This document shows, piece after piece, positions 8,970-17,427 of a DNA stretch of 64,000 nt; position 1 is the first letter of the stretch, and each line of letters begins with the position of its first letter. The notes under the pieces were generated by a model, which worked only from the letters and a program-made list of their open reading frames with translations, did not search any database and was not told where the DNA came from. The stretch is from Nanobdellota archaeon (GTDB lineage Archaea > Nanobdellota > Nanobdellia > Pacearchaeales > GW2011-AR1): positions 64,694-128,693 of the forward strand of contig JANLHM010000006.1 in the NCBI GenBank assembly GCA_024654565.1, in the 5' to 3' direction. A program made the position numbers and the translations under genes.

Positions 8970-9961
8970 GGGACTTTTGAGATCATTTCTTCAAATCTAT
9001 TTTCATTAAGTTTCCCTTCTAAGCCCTCTTTTATTATTTTTGCATAAATTTTTGCCGCACCTCGCTTTGATTCAATAAAATTTTTTGCACATTCTTGATA
9101 TTTTTTCAGTTCATCTTTTGGAGTTTCTCTTAGGAGCTCTTTAGATAAATTTTCCTTTGAAACCCTTTTAAGAAGGCCACTTATTTCTAAGCCACAATAT
9201 GCTTTCTCGTTAAGTTTGTAATTTTCTCCAGAAATTATTCTCTTTCCATAAAATGCTGGTTCTAAAGGGTTTTGTCCACAATTTCCCCTTTCAAATGAGT
9301 CTCCTATCACAGCAGTGTCACAAATTGAGTATAATTTATCCAAAATTCCTTTTTTTGTTACAACAATATAATTTTTGTAACTTTCTTCATTATCCAATTT
9401 AAAGTCTATTTCTGTTGAGTTTATCTCACTTTTTATATTTTCATTATAATTTCTCGGGGTCAAAATTACTTGTGTTGAGGGCGAGTTTTTTATCAATTCT
9501 TTAGTTGAATCTATTAATAATTTGTTTTCATCTTTTCCTAGAGACCCCCCAAGAATAACCTTTCCAGGAAGGACTTTATAATCTTTTTTTAATTTTTTTT
9601 GTTCTTCTTTTGTTAGTAATCTTCTTTTTTCAAATTTTAATGGGTCCAAAAAAAGATTTATTTGTTGTAAAAAAGCCCCTTTTGAAAATAAATAAGATTT
9701 TGTGAAATCAAGCTTTATGTAAGATTTTGAACATTCCTCAAATTTGTTTAGCTCAATATTTTCAGAGTTAATTCCCTCGAACTTTAAGTCCGAAATTATT
9801 GTTTCTTTTGTTGGAAAGTTAGAGTTTCCATCCTCATCATAGAAGATGTTTATTTTTAATTTTGGAAGCTCTTTTTTTATTTCTCTTACTAGATAAGGTA
9901 TTTGTTTTGCAGCACCTAAGTGCTTGACTAATATATTCACTTCATTCTTCATGGTTGTCAA
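8966..9961 (-). CDS. Glycosyltransferase family 30 (Kdo-transferase)-like protein, paralog 2 (inverted)
   Basis: Same motif set as 6410..7417: DPLKFEKRRLL, ILTPRNYNEN, LYSICDTAVIGDSF, GQNPLEPAFYGKRIISG. By eye the two proteins are about 40 percent identical. Confidence 0.5.
   Translation of the reverse strand: MTTMKNEVNILVKHLGAAKQIPYLVREIKKELPKLKINIFYDEDGNSNFPTKETIISDLKFEGINSENIELNKFEECSKSYIKLDFTKSYLFSKGAFLQQINLFLDPLKFEKRRLLTKEEQKKLKKDYKVLPGKVILGGSLGKDENKLLIDSTKELIKNSPSTQVILTPRNYNENIKSEINSTEIDFKLDNEESYKNYIVVTKKGILDKLYSICDTAVIGDSFERGNCGQNPLEPAFYGKRIISGENYKLNEKAYCGLEISGLLKRVSKENLSKELLRETPKDELKKYQECAKNFIESKRGAAKIYAKIIKEGLEGKLNENRFEEMISKVP
9231..9268. repeat. 38-nt perfect inverted repeat arm (partner 7082..7119)
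   Basis: gaaattattctctttccataaaatgctggttctaaagg. Confidence 0.9.
9615..9643. repeat. 29-nt perfect inverted repeat arm (partner 6710..6738)
   Basis: agtaatcttcttttttcaaattttaatgg. Confidence 0.9.
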
Positions 9962-10078
9962 AATTTGGCAGAGTTTTTAAATTTTATGTTCTTAGTCATT
10001 TCACAGTGATTACTCTTTTTTGGAATGGTTTTTAGTTTGATAAACAAATTTTATAAATCCGTTTCGTTTTGATTTTTT

Positions 10079-10594
10079 ATGAATTTCCAGTTTTATTATG
10101 AAAAGTTATTAAATTCAAAAGAATACAAGGACTTTATTAAAAAGAATCCAAATGCATACCCATGCAGTTCACTTTTTATTCTTGACAGAGAAACCGGTGG
10201 GAAGGGAAATAGTTTTCACTTTGACTTTTGGCTTCCAGTTGAAAAGAAAATGAATTCTTTTAAAGTTGGTGAAGAAATTCAGTTTTCTGAAGTTGAAAAC
10301 TTTGATTCCCGACCATTTGAAGAAATTTCTGTTAACCACGATTTTAGTTTTGAAGACATAGAAGAAATGATTCTAAAAAAAATGTCTGAAGAAGCTGTTA
10401 CCGGAAGAGTTCAAAAAATTCTTTTTAGTCTTCAGAAATTAAATGGGAAAGAGTTTTTGGTAATTACTGCTTTTTTAAATAACCTTGGACTTCTGAAAAT
10501 AAACTTTTCCCTTGATGACATGAAAATAATTTCTTTTGAAAAGAAAAGTTTTTTTGAAATGTTTAAGGTCTTTAAGAAGGAAAAGAAGGATTAA
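10079..10594 (+). CDS. Hypothetical protein
   Basis: Long ORF with a TATA-like tttataaa about 25 nt upstream. No recognisable motif. Confidence 0.5.
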   Translation: MNFQFYYEKLLNSKEYKDFIKKNPNAYPCSSLFILDRETGGKGNSFHFDFWLPVEKKMNSFKVGEEIQFSEVENFDSRPFEEISVNHDFSFEDIEEMILKKMSEEAVTGRVQKILFSLQKLNGKEFLVITAFLNNLGLLKINFSLDDMKIISFEKKSFFEMFKVFKKEKKD

Positions 10595-10972
10595 TTAAAG
10601 GTTTTTTGTTAGTTCCTTTATTAACTCCCCCAGTTCAGAATCTCTAATTATTTCGGGAAGGGCATAACAAACGCTTATTATTGGGATTTTCATTTTTTTG
10701 AATACGTTGTAATCATTTGGGTTATATGGGGGAAGTGTATCCTTAAATCTGGATTTTCACGTGGAATTTTTGTCATGTATTTTTCCCGATTAGATATTCC
10801 AGAGTGAAGTAAAAGTGTTTCATACTTGCTTAATGGGCCAAACTTCTTGAAAAGTTATTACATCAGGATCAATTTTTTTTGTTAGATTATTCCTTTCAAG
10901 ATATTAATCCAGAATCTCCTTGTTTTTGTTCCAAGAATCGTGATAATGACTTTCAATTCATGCAATCTTCAT
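10595..10972 (-). pseudogene. Degraded ORF: one 126-codon frame with 5 in-frame stops
   Basis: Own minus-strand translation in a single frame: MKIA*IESHYHDSWNKNKEILD*YLERNNLTKKIDPDVITFQEVWPIKQV*NTFTSLWNI*SGKIHDKNST*KSRFKDTLPPYNPNDYNVFKKMKIPIISVCYALPEIIRDSELGELIKELTKNL*. The segment ...IDPDVITFQEVW is reminiscent of the N-terminus of endonuclease/exonuclease/phosphatase-fold proteins. This 420-nt gap has no ORF in the track. Confidence 0.3.
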
Positions 10973-11014
10973 AATGTTGGAGGATTCTATTTTATTTATA
11001 AAATTTATCCCCCA

Positions 11015-11566
11015 CTAATTTTTTTCAGGATGACAAACCTTACATGGAGTGTAACCTCTGAGTTTGAAGTATTTTTTTTCATCTTCTTCAACTAAATATT
11101 TTTTCTTTATTGCACCTGAGAATCTGCATGTTCTTAAGTGGTACTTTTGGTTATATGTTGAACCCATGTATTTTGATTTTTTTGGTTCAACTTTTTCTAT
11201 TTCGATAATTGTTTGATGAGTTTCTGGATCTTTTACATGTTTTTCAACTTCTTTAACAACTTCTTTCATAACTGGACGGTCTTTGTATTTTATGACTTCC
11301 CTTACGACAGGTTTTTCAACAAAAGTTTTTCTTTCTATTACTTCGGGTTCAGGAGTGTGAATGTGAATTCCTTTCTTTTTTGGATACAAAAATGCAACTA
11401 TCGCAATTAAGTACACCACCCCCACAACAATCATAAGTGTTTCATTGTTTTCAATATTAAATGAAGTTATTGCTCCCAGAATAAAAAGTGCCGCTGCAAG
11501 GCCAAGAAGGAAAATAACAAGAATGTTCATGGGCTCAATTTTTTTCTCTTCAATGTAAGTAGGCAT
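11015..11566 (-). CDS. Membrane protein with C-terminal Ada-like zinc-binding motif
   Basis: Two N-terminal TM helices. The C-terminus YHLRTCRFSG...GYTPCKVCHP fits the H-x3-C...C-x2-C-x-P Ada_Zn_binding-like pattern. Confidence 0.5.
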   Translation of the reverse strand: MPTYIEEKKIEPMNILVIFLLGLAAALFILGAITSFNIENNETLMIVVGVVYLIAIVAFLYPKKKGIHIHTPEPEVIERKTFVEKPVVREVIKYKDRPVMKEVVKEVEKHVKDPETHQTIIEIEKVEPKKSKYMGSTYNQKYHLRTCRFSGAIKKKYLVEEDEKKYFKLRGYTPCKVCHPEKN

Positions 11567-11613
11567 TGTTATCCCAGGTTTTTTAGATTTATAACTTTTT
11601 ACTTTTAATTTCC

Positions 11614-12219
11614 TTACACTTTTTTTATGATAAAGTTTATCATCATTTCTGAATTGTGGGTTGAAGTTATTTTAAATCCGGCCGACTTAAAGAGCTCATG
11701 AATTTCTTTTTCTTCAAAAAGATAATAAAATCTTTTCCCAATTTTACCCCATCCGACAAGTTTTTCCTTTCCTGACTTTTTGAATCTCTTTGAATCTTTG
11801 TTCCAGACGCCAATGTATGCTTCTCTGTTTTTTTTAAGAGTGCGGTATAGCTCTCCTACACTCTTTTTTCTTTTTTCTTCTGTTTCAATGCAATGGAGTG
11901 CTGAAACACATATGGAATAATCAAAAAATTCATCAGGTTTTGGAATGTTATCCATTCCTGAAACTATAAACTCTGCTTCAATTTTTTCTTTTTTTGCTTT
12001 TTTCTCTGCAAGTTTAATCATTTTTTCTGAAAAGTCTAAAAGAAACATTTTTCCATTTTTTATCTTTGTTAGGTGTCTTCCCGACCCTGAACCCAAGTCA
12101 AGAACATTTCCTCTTGTTTTTTTTAAAAATTGAGTTGCGTTTTCAGAAGGCTTATTCTTGTACTTATGCCACTCTGGAGCTATTTTGTTCCACAATTTTT
12201 GTTGATTTTCGACTTCCAT
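11614..12219 (-). CDS. Class I SAM-dependent methyltransferase
   Basis: Motif I VLDLGSGSGRH, an acidic post-I residue (LLDFS) and SALHCIE motif IV. Confidence 0.8.
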   Translation of the reverse strand: MEVENQQKLWNKIAPEWHKYKNKPSENATQFLKKTRGNVLDLGSGSGRHLTKIKNGKMFLLDFSEKMIKLAEKKAKKEKIEAEFIVSGMDNIPKPDEFFDYSICVSALHCIETEEKRKKSVGELYRTLKKNREAYIGVWNKDSKRFKKSGKEKLVGWGKIGKRFYYLFEEKEIHELFKSAGFKITSTHNSEMMINFIIKKV

Positions 12220-12453
12220 ATTGATTAAACAATATAAATTTTTATAAACCTTATTGAGAATAAATTTTTATAGCAGAATATGTTCCGAATCTTGATGTTC
12301 CCAATTCCCCGCGTGATATTCTAAAATTTCCCCTCCATTTGCACTTGGAACATTTTTCGTTTTTTCAAAAGACCGGTCCAAATTTAAAACCAATTTTTCT
12401 CATATTAAATTTTGCCAGATAGATTTTAAAAACACTTGTTTTCTTCAAAATAT

Positions 12454-13848
12454 ATGTCAAATTCAGATAAAATATATACTAAAGAGAACCCTAAAAAACC
12501 GGTCAGAACTAATTCAGGGGTAACTCCTTTAACAGTTGTTTTGGCTCCTCGTAAGTGTAACCATGGGACATGCATTTATTGCCCCGGTGGAGATTACGTT
12601 CCTCAAAGCTATACTGACAAGAGTCCGGCAGTTATGAGGGCACTTTCCTTAAATTTTGATGTTCGTAAACAGGTCCAGTCTCGTCTTGACACTTTAGAAA
12701 AAATGGGTCACTCGACTGAAAAAATTGAATTAATTGTAATCGGGGGAACTTTTTTACAGTATCCACTCGATTACCAGTATGACTATATAAAAGGGTGTTA
12801 TGAAGTTCTAAATGGGGTTTCATCTCTTACACTCGTCGAAGCCCAAAAAATAAATGAAACTGCAAAACACAGAATTGTTGCAATGTGTATTGAAAACCGT
12901 CCCGACAACTGCTCAATAGAGGAAATAAAAAGAATGAGGGATTATGGCGCTACACGTGTTGAAATTGGAGTTCAGATTTTAGATGACGAAATTTACAAAA
13001 AAACTGCAAGGGGGCACACCATTAATGACGTTATTCTTGCAAGTCAGAGACTTAAAGACGCAGGTTTTAAGCTAGGTTACCACATAATGCCGGGACTTCC
13101 ATATTCAAATATCGAAAAAGATTTAGAAAAGTTTAGGCTTGTTTTTGATGATGAAAATTTTAGACCTGACCAACTTAAAATTTATCCGTGTCAAATTGTT
13201 GAAGACGCTCCTCTTGCAAAAATGTACAAAAGGATAAACTACCAAACTTACACCGATGAAGAAATAAAAAAAGTGTTGTCTGAGATGATGAAATTAATTC
13301 CAAATTATTGCAGAGTTATGAGAGTTATGAGGGAGATTCCAAAAGAAAAAATGATTGGTAACGTTGCTTCAACTTCAATAAGAAAAGAAGTTGAAGATGA
13401 ATTGAAGAAAGAAAATAGTGATATCAAAGAAATAAGAATAAGAGAAGTCGGGTTTAATGTCAAAGAATTGAAATCTGACAGAAAAATGATAATTACTGAA
13501 TACCTTTCTTCTGGGGGAAAAGAATTTTTTATTGAAATTGTAAATTCTGACAATATTCTCTTTGGTCTTTTGAGGCTCAGATTTCCAAAAGAAAATTTTT
13601 TGGATGAACTTAAAGGCTGTTCAATTGTGAGGGAAATTCATGTTTACGGAAAAGCTCTTAATCTTGGTGAAAAGGGAAAAGATTCGCAACACCTTGGTTT
13701 TGGAAAAGACTTGATTTTAGAAGCTGAAAAAATCTCAAAATTAAACGGGTATAAGAAAATTGCGGTTATTTCTGGAGTTGGAGTTCGTGAATATTACCGA
13801 AAATTTGGTTACTCTTCCATTGGAACTTACATGATTAAAAGTATTTAA
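12454..13848 (+). CDS. elp3: Elp3-family radical SAM/GNAT tRNA U34 modification enzyme
   Basis: Radical SAM cluster CNHGTCIYCPGG, RVEIGVQ, and a C-terminal GNAT (HLGFGKDLILEAEKI). The ATG at 12454 is preferred over the TTG at 12436 used by the track. Confidence 0.9.
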   Translation: MSNSDKIYTKENPKKPVRTNSGVTPLTVVLAPRKCNHGTCIYCPGGDYVPQSYTDKSPAVMRALSLNFDVRKQVQSRLDTLEKMGHSTEKIELIVIGGTFLQYPLDYQYDYIKGCYEVLNGVSSLTLVEAQKINETAKHRIVAMCIENRPDNCSIEEIKRMRDYGATRVEIGVQILDDEIYKKTARGHTINDVILASQRLKDAGFKLGYHIMPGLPYSNIEKDLEKFRLVFDDENFRPDQLKIYPCQIVEDAPLAKMYKRINYQTYTDEEIKKVLSEMMKLIPNYCRVMRVMREIPKEKMIGNVASTSIRKEVEDELKKENSDIKEIRIREVGFNVKELKSDRKMIITEYLSSGGKEFFIEIVNSDNILFGLLRLRFPKENFLDELKGCSIVREIHVYGKALNLGEKGKDSQHLGFGKDLILEAEKISKLNGYKKIAVISGVGVREYYRKFGYSSIGTYMIKSI

Positions 13849-13870
13849 ATCAAAAGTCATATGGTTTTTT

Positions 13871-14461
13871 ATGAGAAAAAAATCTCAAAGGATAATTAAA
13901 CTTGAGAAAAAAAGAAGAGAGAAAAAAAGACGAATTAAATTAGGTCTTCCCAAACCCCCTAAAACTCCAAAGTCACCATTTTATTTTTATGACCTTTCAT
14001 ATAAAGCACTTGAGCACAATTTGGTTTTTGTAGAGTTATATGACCTTGATAAAGAATACAATAATCTTCCGGAGGATAATGTTCAGGTTGTTAAAATGTG
14101 TAAGGATAGATATGGCGCCGAATATGGATTCATTTTTGGAGAGAAGTCGAATTTTGAACCCCTATTTAATAGACTTATACCCATTCAGATAAAATCTTGG
14201 AATAGAAAAGAAACTTATGATAACTCTGACTCTTATTTTTCTATAGTTAAATATTCCCAATTAGATAAAACTTTTGAGAGTAATCTCTTGAATGAATTTT
14301 TAAATTATGAAAATAGAACTGCAGTGTTTTATAGATTGCCTTCCGGATTAGATTTAAAAGAAATTTTAGAAAATTCCGGATATAATTCAAAAGAATTTAA
14401 CCAAGTTAATAAAAAAACTTTTGAGGAGATAATAGGTGAATATTACAATGAAAGTATTTAA
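13871..14461 (+). CDS. Hypothetical protein with highly basic N-terminus
   Basis: Long ORF with a KKRREKKRRIK N-terminal tract. No recognised domain. Confidence 0.5.
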   Translation: MRKKSQRIIKLEKKRREKKRRIKLGLPKPPKTPKSPFYFYDLSYKALEHNLVFVELYDLDKEYNNLPEDNVQVVKMCKDRYGAEYGFIFGEKSNFEPLFNRLIPIQIKSWNRKETYDNSDSYFSIVKYSQLDKTFESNLLNEFLNYENRTAVFYRLPSGLDLKEILENSGYNSKEFNQVNKKTFEEIIGEYYNESI

Positions 14462-14485
14462 ATAACTTAATTCTGGGATATAGGG

Positions 14486-14800
14486 ATGGAATTGGAAAAA
14501 ATCAATGTGCATGATTATTTGATGGCAGGAATTGCTTTTTTCTTCCCTGAAGAATCTCTTGTTTTTGGTAATTATGTGGATGAAGAATTTTGTAAATATT
14601 CTGATTATGAAGAAGAGTCAAAGCTAATTATTCCAAGTTTTTTTGTTGAAGAAAGAATTCATGGGAAAGGTTTTATGAATATACCTCCTGTTGAGATTCC
14701 TTCTTTTTATGGAGAATGGCACTCAAATTACATAGATGAAAAAGATATTTTTGGAAAAATGATTCCCCCGAGTTATGACAAAGCTTATATTTTTGGATAA
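14486..14800 (+). CDS. Hypothetical protein
   Basis: ORF only. Confidence 0.4.
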   Translation: MELEKINVHDYLMAGIAFFFPEESLVFGNYVDEEFCKYSDYEEESKLIIPSFFVEERIHGKGFMNIPPVEIPSFYGEWHSNYIDEKDIFGKMIPPSYDKAYIFG

Positions 14801-14849
14801 CCTTCCCGATCACATAAGAATTTAAAAACAATTTTTTCTATGTTTGTAG

Positions 14850-15095
14850 ATGGATGTTGAAAGATGCCTACATCAAGTGAGTTCTCCGGGTGTTACTTTA
14901 CCAAAGTATTTTTTGGATATGATTGGTATTGGAAATTGCAGTATTTGTACTTATGACCCCATAGAAAATCCAAAATGCCTGGGATATTCTCCAGTTAAGG
15001 TATTTTATTTTAAAAGTTCCAATAAAATTTTTTCTAAAAATAAGGTAAAAAAAGATAATATTGAAATTGAAAAAATAGTTTTGAATTTTGACTAG
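14850..15095 (+). CDS. Hypothetical small protein
   Basis: ORF only. Converges on the GTPase gene with a 4-nt overlap. Confidence 0.3.
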   Translation: MDVERCLHQVSSPGVTLPKYFLDMIGIGNCSICTYDPIENPKCLGYSPVKVFYFKSSNKIFSKNKVKKDNIEIEKIVLNFD

Positions 15096-15961
15096 TTTTT
15101 TATCTCTCCTTTTTGCCAGGCCCTTAAAATCTCTCTTGCGGTTTTGTCTTCATTTACAAAACCTCCTTTTTTAAGAAAATTTTTTTTGATTCCAACTTTT
15201 TCAACAAATTCTTCCGCGTTTTCGGCTTTCAATTGATAAAACTTTTCTAAAATTATTTTGTATCTTTTGAATAATTCTCCGATCATCAATTCAGGTTCTT
15301 TTATTTGGGAATAACTTTTTCCCCCAAATATTGTTGAGCGGGTAATTTTTTCTTTGTCAAAACTTGAATATTCGTCTTCAGGGATAACTCCTGGTGAATC
15401 GGTTAAAACAACGTCTTCAGAGAGCCTTATCTTTTGGACATTTTTAGTGAAACCCGCTTCAGAACCAACCCCTGCTCCTGAGCGACCTGACAAGATGTTT
15501 ATGAGGGAACTTTTTCCCGTGTTGGGGTAACCAATAATTCCCACTTTTATTTTTTCACTTTCAGAAATCACAATTTTGTTTTTTTTTATTTCTCTTTTTT
15601 CTTTCTTTTCAATTCTTTTTGCTGTTATTTTTATTAAATCTCTTAATTTTTTTATTCCTGTTCTTTTTGCACATGAGACAATCGCATAAGGGTAAAGATT
15701 TGCTTTTATTTGTTCAAGCTTTCCTTTGGTTGCAAGGTCAGACTTATTTAGTACATAAATTATTTTTTTCTTTTGCCTTTCAATTTCCTCTTCAAGTTTT
15801 TTATTTCTTGTTTCTTCGTAAAACCTTGCATCAAGAACTTCTAAAATTATGTCTGAAGTGTCCACTATTTTTCTTGCAACTTCAGGGTATTTTGCCCTTT
15901 CACGGGTCATGTTTCCAATTCTTCCTGTTCTTCTTGAAGAAAATAGGTATTTTGCTCGCAT
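15092..15961 (-). CDS. Circularly permuted GTPase (YlqF/YawG-RbgA-like ribosome biogenesis GTPase)
   Basis: G4 (LNKSDL) precedes G1 (GYPNTGKSSLIN) and G3 (LTDSPG), which is the permuted order. N-terminal LDARFYEETRN motif. Confidence 0.8.
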   Translation of the reverse strand: MRAKYLFSSRRTGRIGNMTRERAKYPEVARKIVDTSDIILEVLDARFYEETRNKKLEEEIERQKKKIIYVLNKSDLATKGKLEQIKANLYPYAIVSCAKRTGIKKLRDLIKITAKRIEKKEKREIKKNKIVISESEKIKVGIIGYPNTGKSSLINILSGRSGAGVGSEAGFTKNVQKIRLSEDVVLTDSPGVIPEDEYSSFDKEKITRSTIFGGKSYSQIKEPELMIGELFKRYKIILEKFYQLKAENAEEFVEKVGIKKNFLKKGGFVNEDKTAREILRAWQKGEIKN

Positions 15962-16056
15962 GATCAGTTGAACGTTTTAAGAGTTTAATAATATTCGGAT
16001 AACCTTTTTTAAAATTTCGTTAGATTTTAATACCCATATAAACTAACTTTTTTGAA

Positions 16057-16129
16057 AGCCCCATAGTTCAGTGGTCAAGAATACGGCCCTCTGGAGGCTG
16101 TGACCCAGGTTCGAATCCTGGTGGGGCTA
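16057..16129 (+). tRNA. tRNA-Gln (anticodon CUG), no encoded CCA
   Basis: Hand-folded cloverleaf. Acceptor AGCCCCA/TGGGGCT with the A1-U72 pair typical of archaeal tRNA-Gln. D arm GTTC/GAAT. Anticodon stem CGGCC/GGCTG with loop CT-CTG-GA. T arm CCAGG-TTCGAAT-CCTGG. TATA-like ttttaata lies 25-32 nt upstream. Confidence 0.85.
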
Positions 16130-16207
16130 TTAGATTCGAACCAAGGTTCGATATCCCGCTAATGCTTGGGCACTAGGACCTGTTCACAGGATCCTGGTGG
16201 GGCTATT
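16130..16207 (+). repeat. tRNA-derived fragment block directly after tRNA-Gln, including a 17-nt exact copy of its 3' end
   Basis: ATCCTGGTGGGGCTATT at 16115..16131 is repeated at 16191..16207. gattcgaacc (16133..16142) is the reverse complement of the T-loop segment ggttcgaatc (16108..16117). A third T-loop-like ggttcgatatccc lies at 16145..16157. Confidence 0.7.
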
Positions 16208-16261
16208 TTATTATGATTGATTCCTCATAAGATTTAAATAATAAATGTTCTTCTAAAATAT

Positions 16262-16840
16262 ATGGGTGGTGATTTTTATAAAAAGATAGAGGAAGCTCTT
16301 ATCCAAGTTGGGCTAAGGATTGCTAAAAGAGGAGAAGGTGCTCTTTTTGTTGTTGGTAAAGTTGAATACAAACCTCTTGTTGACCAAACTGTTCCTCCGT
16401 TTAAGGTTTCAGAAAATCTCAAACTTCTTGAATCCTTAGCTTTAATGGATGGGGCTGTTGTAATAAATAAAGAAGGGTTGATGGAAGCGTATGGGGTTAA
16501 GATAAAAGACAAAAAAGTTTTAAGAAATTTTGGAACAAGACATAGTGCCGCACTGAGTGCTTCAAAGGGAGACAATTTGGTTGTTGTTGTTTCTGAAGAA
16601 GACAAAAAAGTAAGAATTTTGAAAAAAGGTAAAATGGTTATGCAAATTGATGCACTCCAAAAGGATGTCGAAAAAAGTGTTACCGGGGCAGTTAAAGTTT
16701 TAGAGTCAATTGGAGTTGGAGCAATTGGGACAATTGGGGCAAGTCTTTTAGTTCCGACAGTCGGACTTGCACTTCTTCCCGGAGTTGTTTTATTTGGTTC
16801 AGTTTATTACCTTGGAAGATTTTTAAGAGGTAAGAAGTGA
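16262..16840 (+). CDS. Diadenylate cyclase (DAC/DisA_N) domain protein with C-terminal transmembrane segment
   Basis: GALFVVG, DGAVVINKEG, GTRHSAALSAS and VVVVSEEDKKVRI match DAC motifs (DGA, RHR-like). The C-terminus is hydrophobic (GAIGTIGASLLVPTVGLALLPGVVLFG). Confidence 0.75.
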   Translation: MGGDFYKKIEEALIQVGLRIAKRGEGALFVVGKVEYKPLVDQTVPPFKVSENLKLLESLALMDGAVVINKEGLMEAYGVKIKDKKVLRNFGTRHSAALSASKGDNLVVVVSEEDKKVRILKKGKMVMQIDALQKDVEKSVTGAVKVLESIGVGAIGTIGASLLVPTVGLALLPGVVLFGSVYYLGRFLRGKK

Positions 16841-16885
16841 TTAAAAGAATTATTTTGTAAAAAATAATTAATAAAAAAGAATCAT

Positions 16886-17365
16886 CTAACGATTAAATTT
16901 TTTTGAAACTTTCCAGAAGTTTGTCATTAAGTTTTTAAGGTTTTTAGGGTGGTCATCATATTCAAGAATTATTTTCCCCTTGAATGAAATTTCTATTAAA
17001 AGGCCATCAATTACATTTCTCAAAACTGACCTTTTAACTTCAGGCATATCTGGGTCATTTGGATGAAGATTATATGGATATATCCTCATGTTTTTGTCTG
17101 TTCTATATTCCATTTTAAAACCCGAGTCATAAGACACGAGGGGAAGATAAATAATTTTTTTATCACTTAGAAAAATAATTCCGTTATCAAAGTAAAAGTC
17201 AAGTTTCTTCCCTTCAAGGCTTTCATTAATTACTATTTCCTTATTTTTTGAAAATCTTCCCGAGGGACTTACATGAAAAAGAAGGGAGTCGTATAAATCT
17301 ATTGAATTTTTTAAATTTTCAAAATCTTTTTCTTTTCTCATTAAGTATTGGGTCATAATATTCAC
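16886..17365 (-). CDS. Hypothetical protein
   Basis: ORF only. Confidence 0.45.
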   Translation of the reverse strand: MNIMTQYLMRKEKDFENLKNSIDLYDSLLFHVSPSGRFSKNKEIVINESLEGKKLDFYFDNGIIFLSDKKIIYLPLVSYDSGFKMEYRTDKNMRIYPYNLHPNDPDMPEVKRSVLRNVIDGLLIEISFKGKIILEYDDHPKNLKNLMTNFWKVSKKFNR

Positions 17366-17427
17366 TTAGATTTTAAAGTTTAAAATTATTTGGGAAGAAT
17401 TTGAATTCTAAGAAAAATTGTTCAAAC

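Noticed and set aside
10595-10972. Stop-codon reassignment or read-through to explain the five in-frame stops
   Set aside because: TGA and TAA both terminate well-supported neighbouring genes at the expected lengths (for example thrS, glyS, nadE), so recoding is unlikely. Decay is the simpler explanation.
12220-12453. Possible small ORF or gene remnant in the 234-nt methyltransferase/elp3 divergent spacer
   Set aside because: It contains only ORFs of 10-14 codons. The Cys-containing minus-strand stretch (KCSKCKW...) has no start codon and no conserved pattern. It most likely holds just divergent promoters.
16115-16207. Possibility that the duplicated tRNA-Gln 3' end marks a non-canonical (T-arm) intron
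   Set aside because: The first copy already completes a normal cloverleaf. I also could not build a bulge-helix-bulge around any junction within the 17-nt repeat, because a 4-bp central helix with 3-nt bulges does not form with TTCG/ACAG.
15619-16605. Antisense ORFs 15619..15963 (plus) and 16276..16605 (minus)
   Set aside because: Each overlaps a gene with clear family motifs (the permuted GTPase and the DAC domain protein). Their compositions are typical of shadow ORFs.
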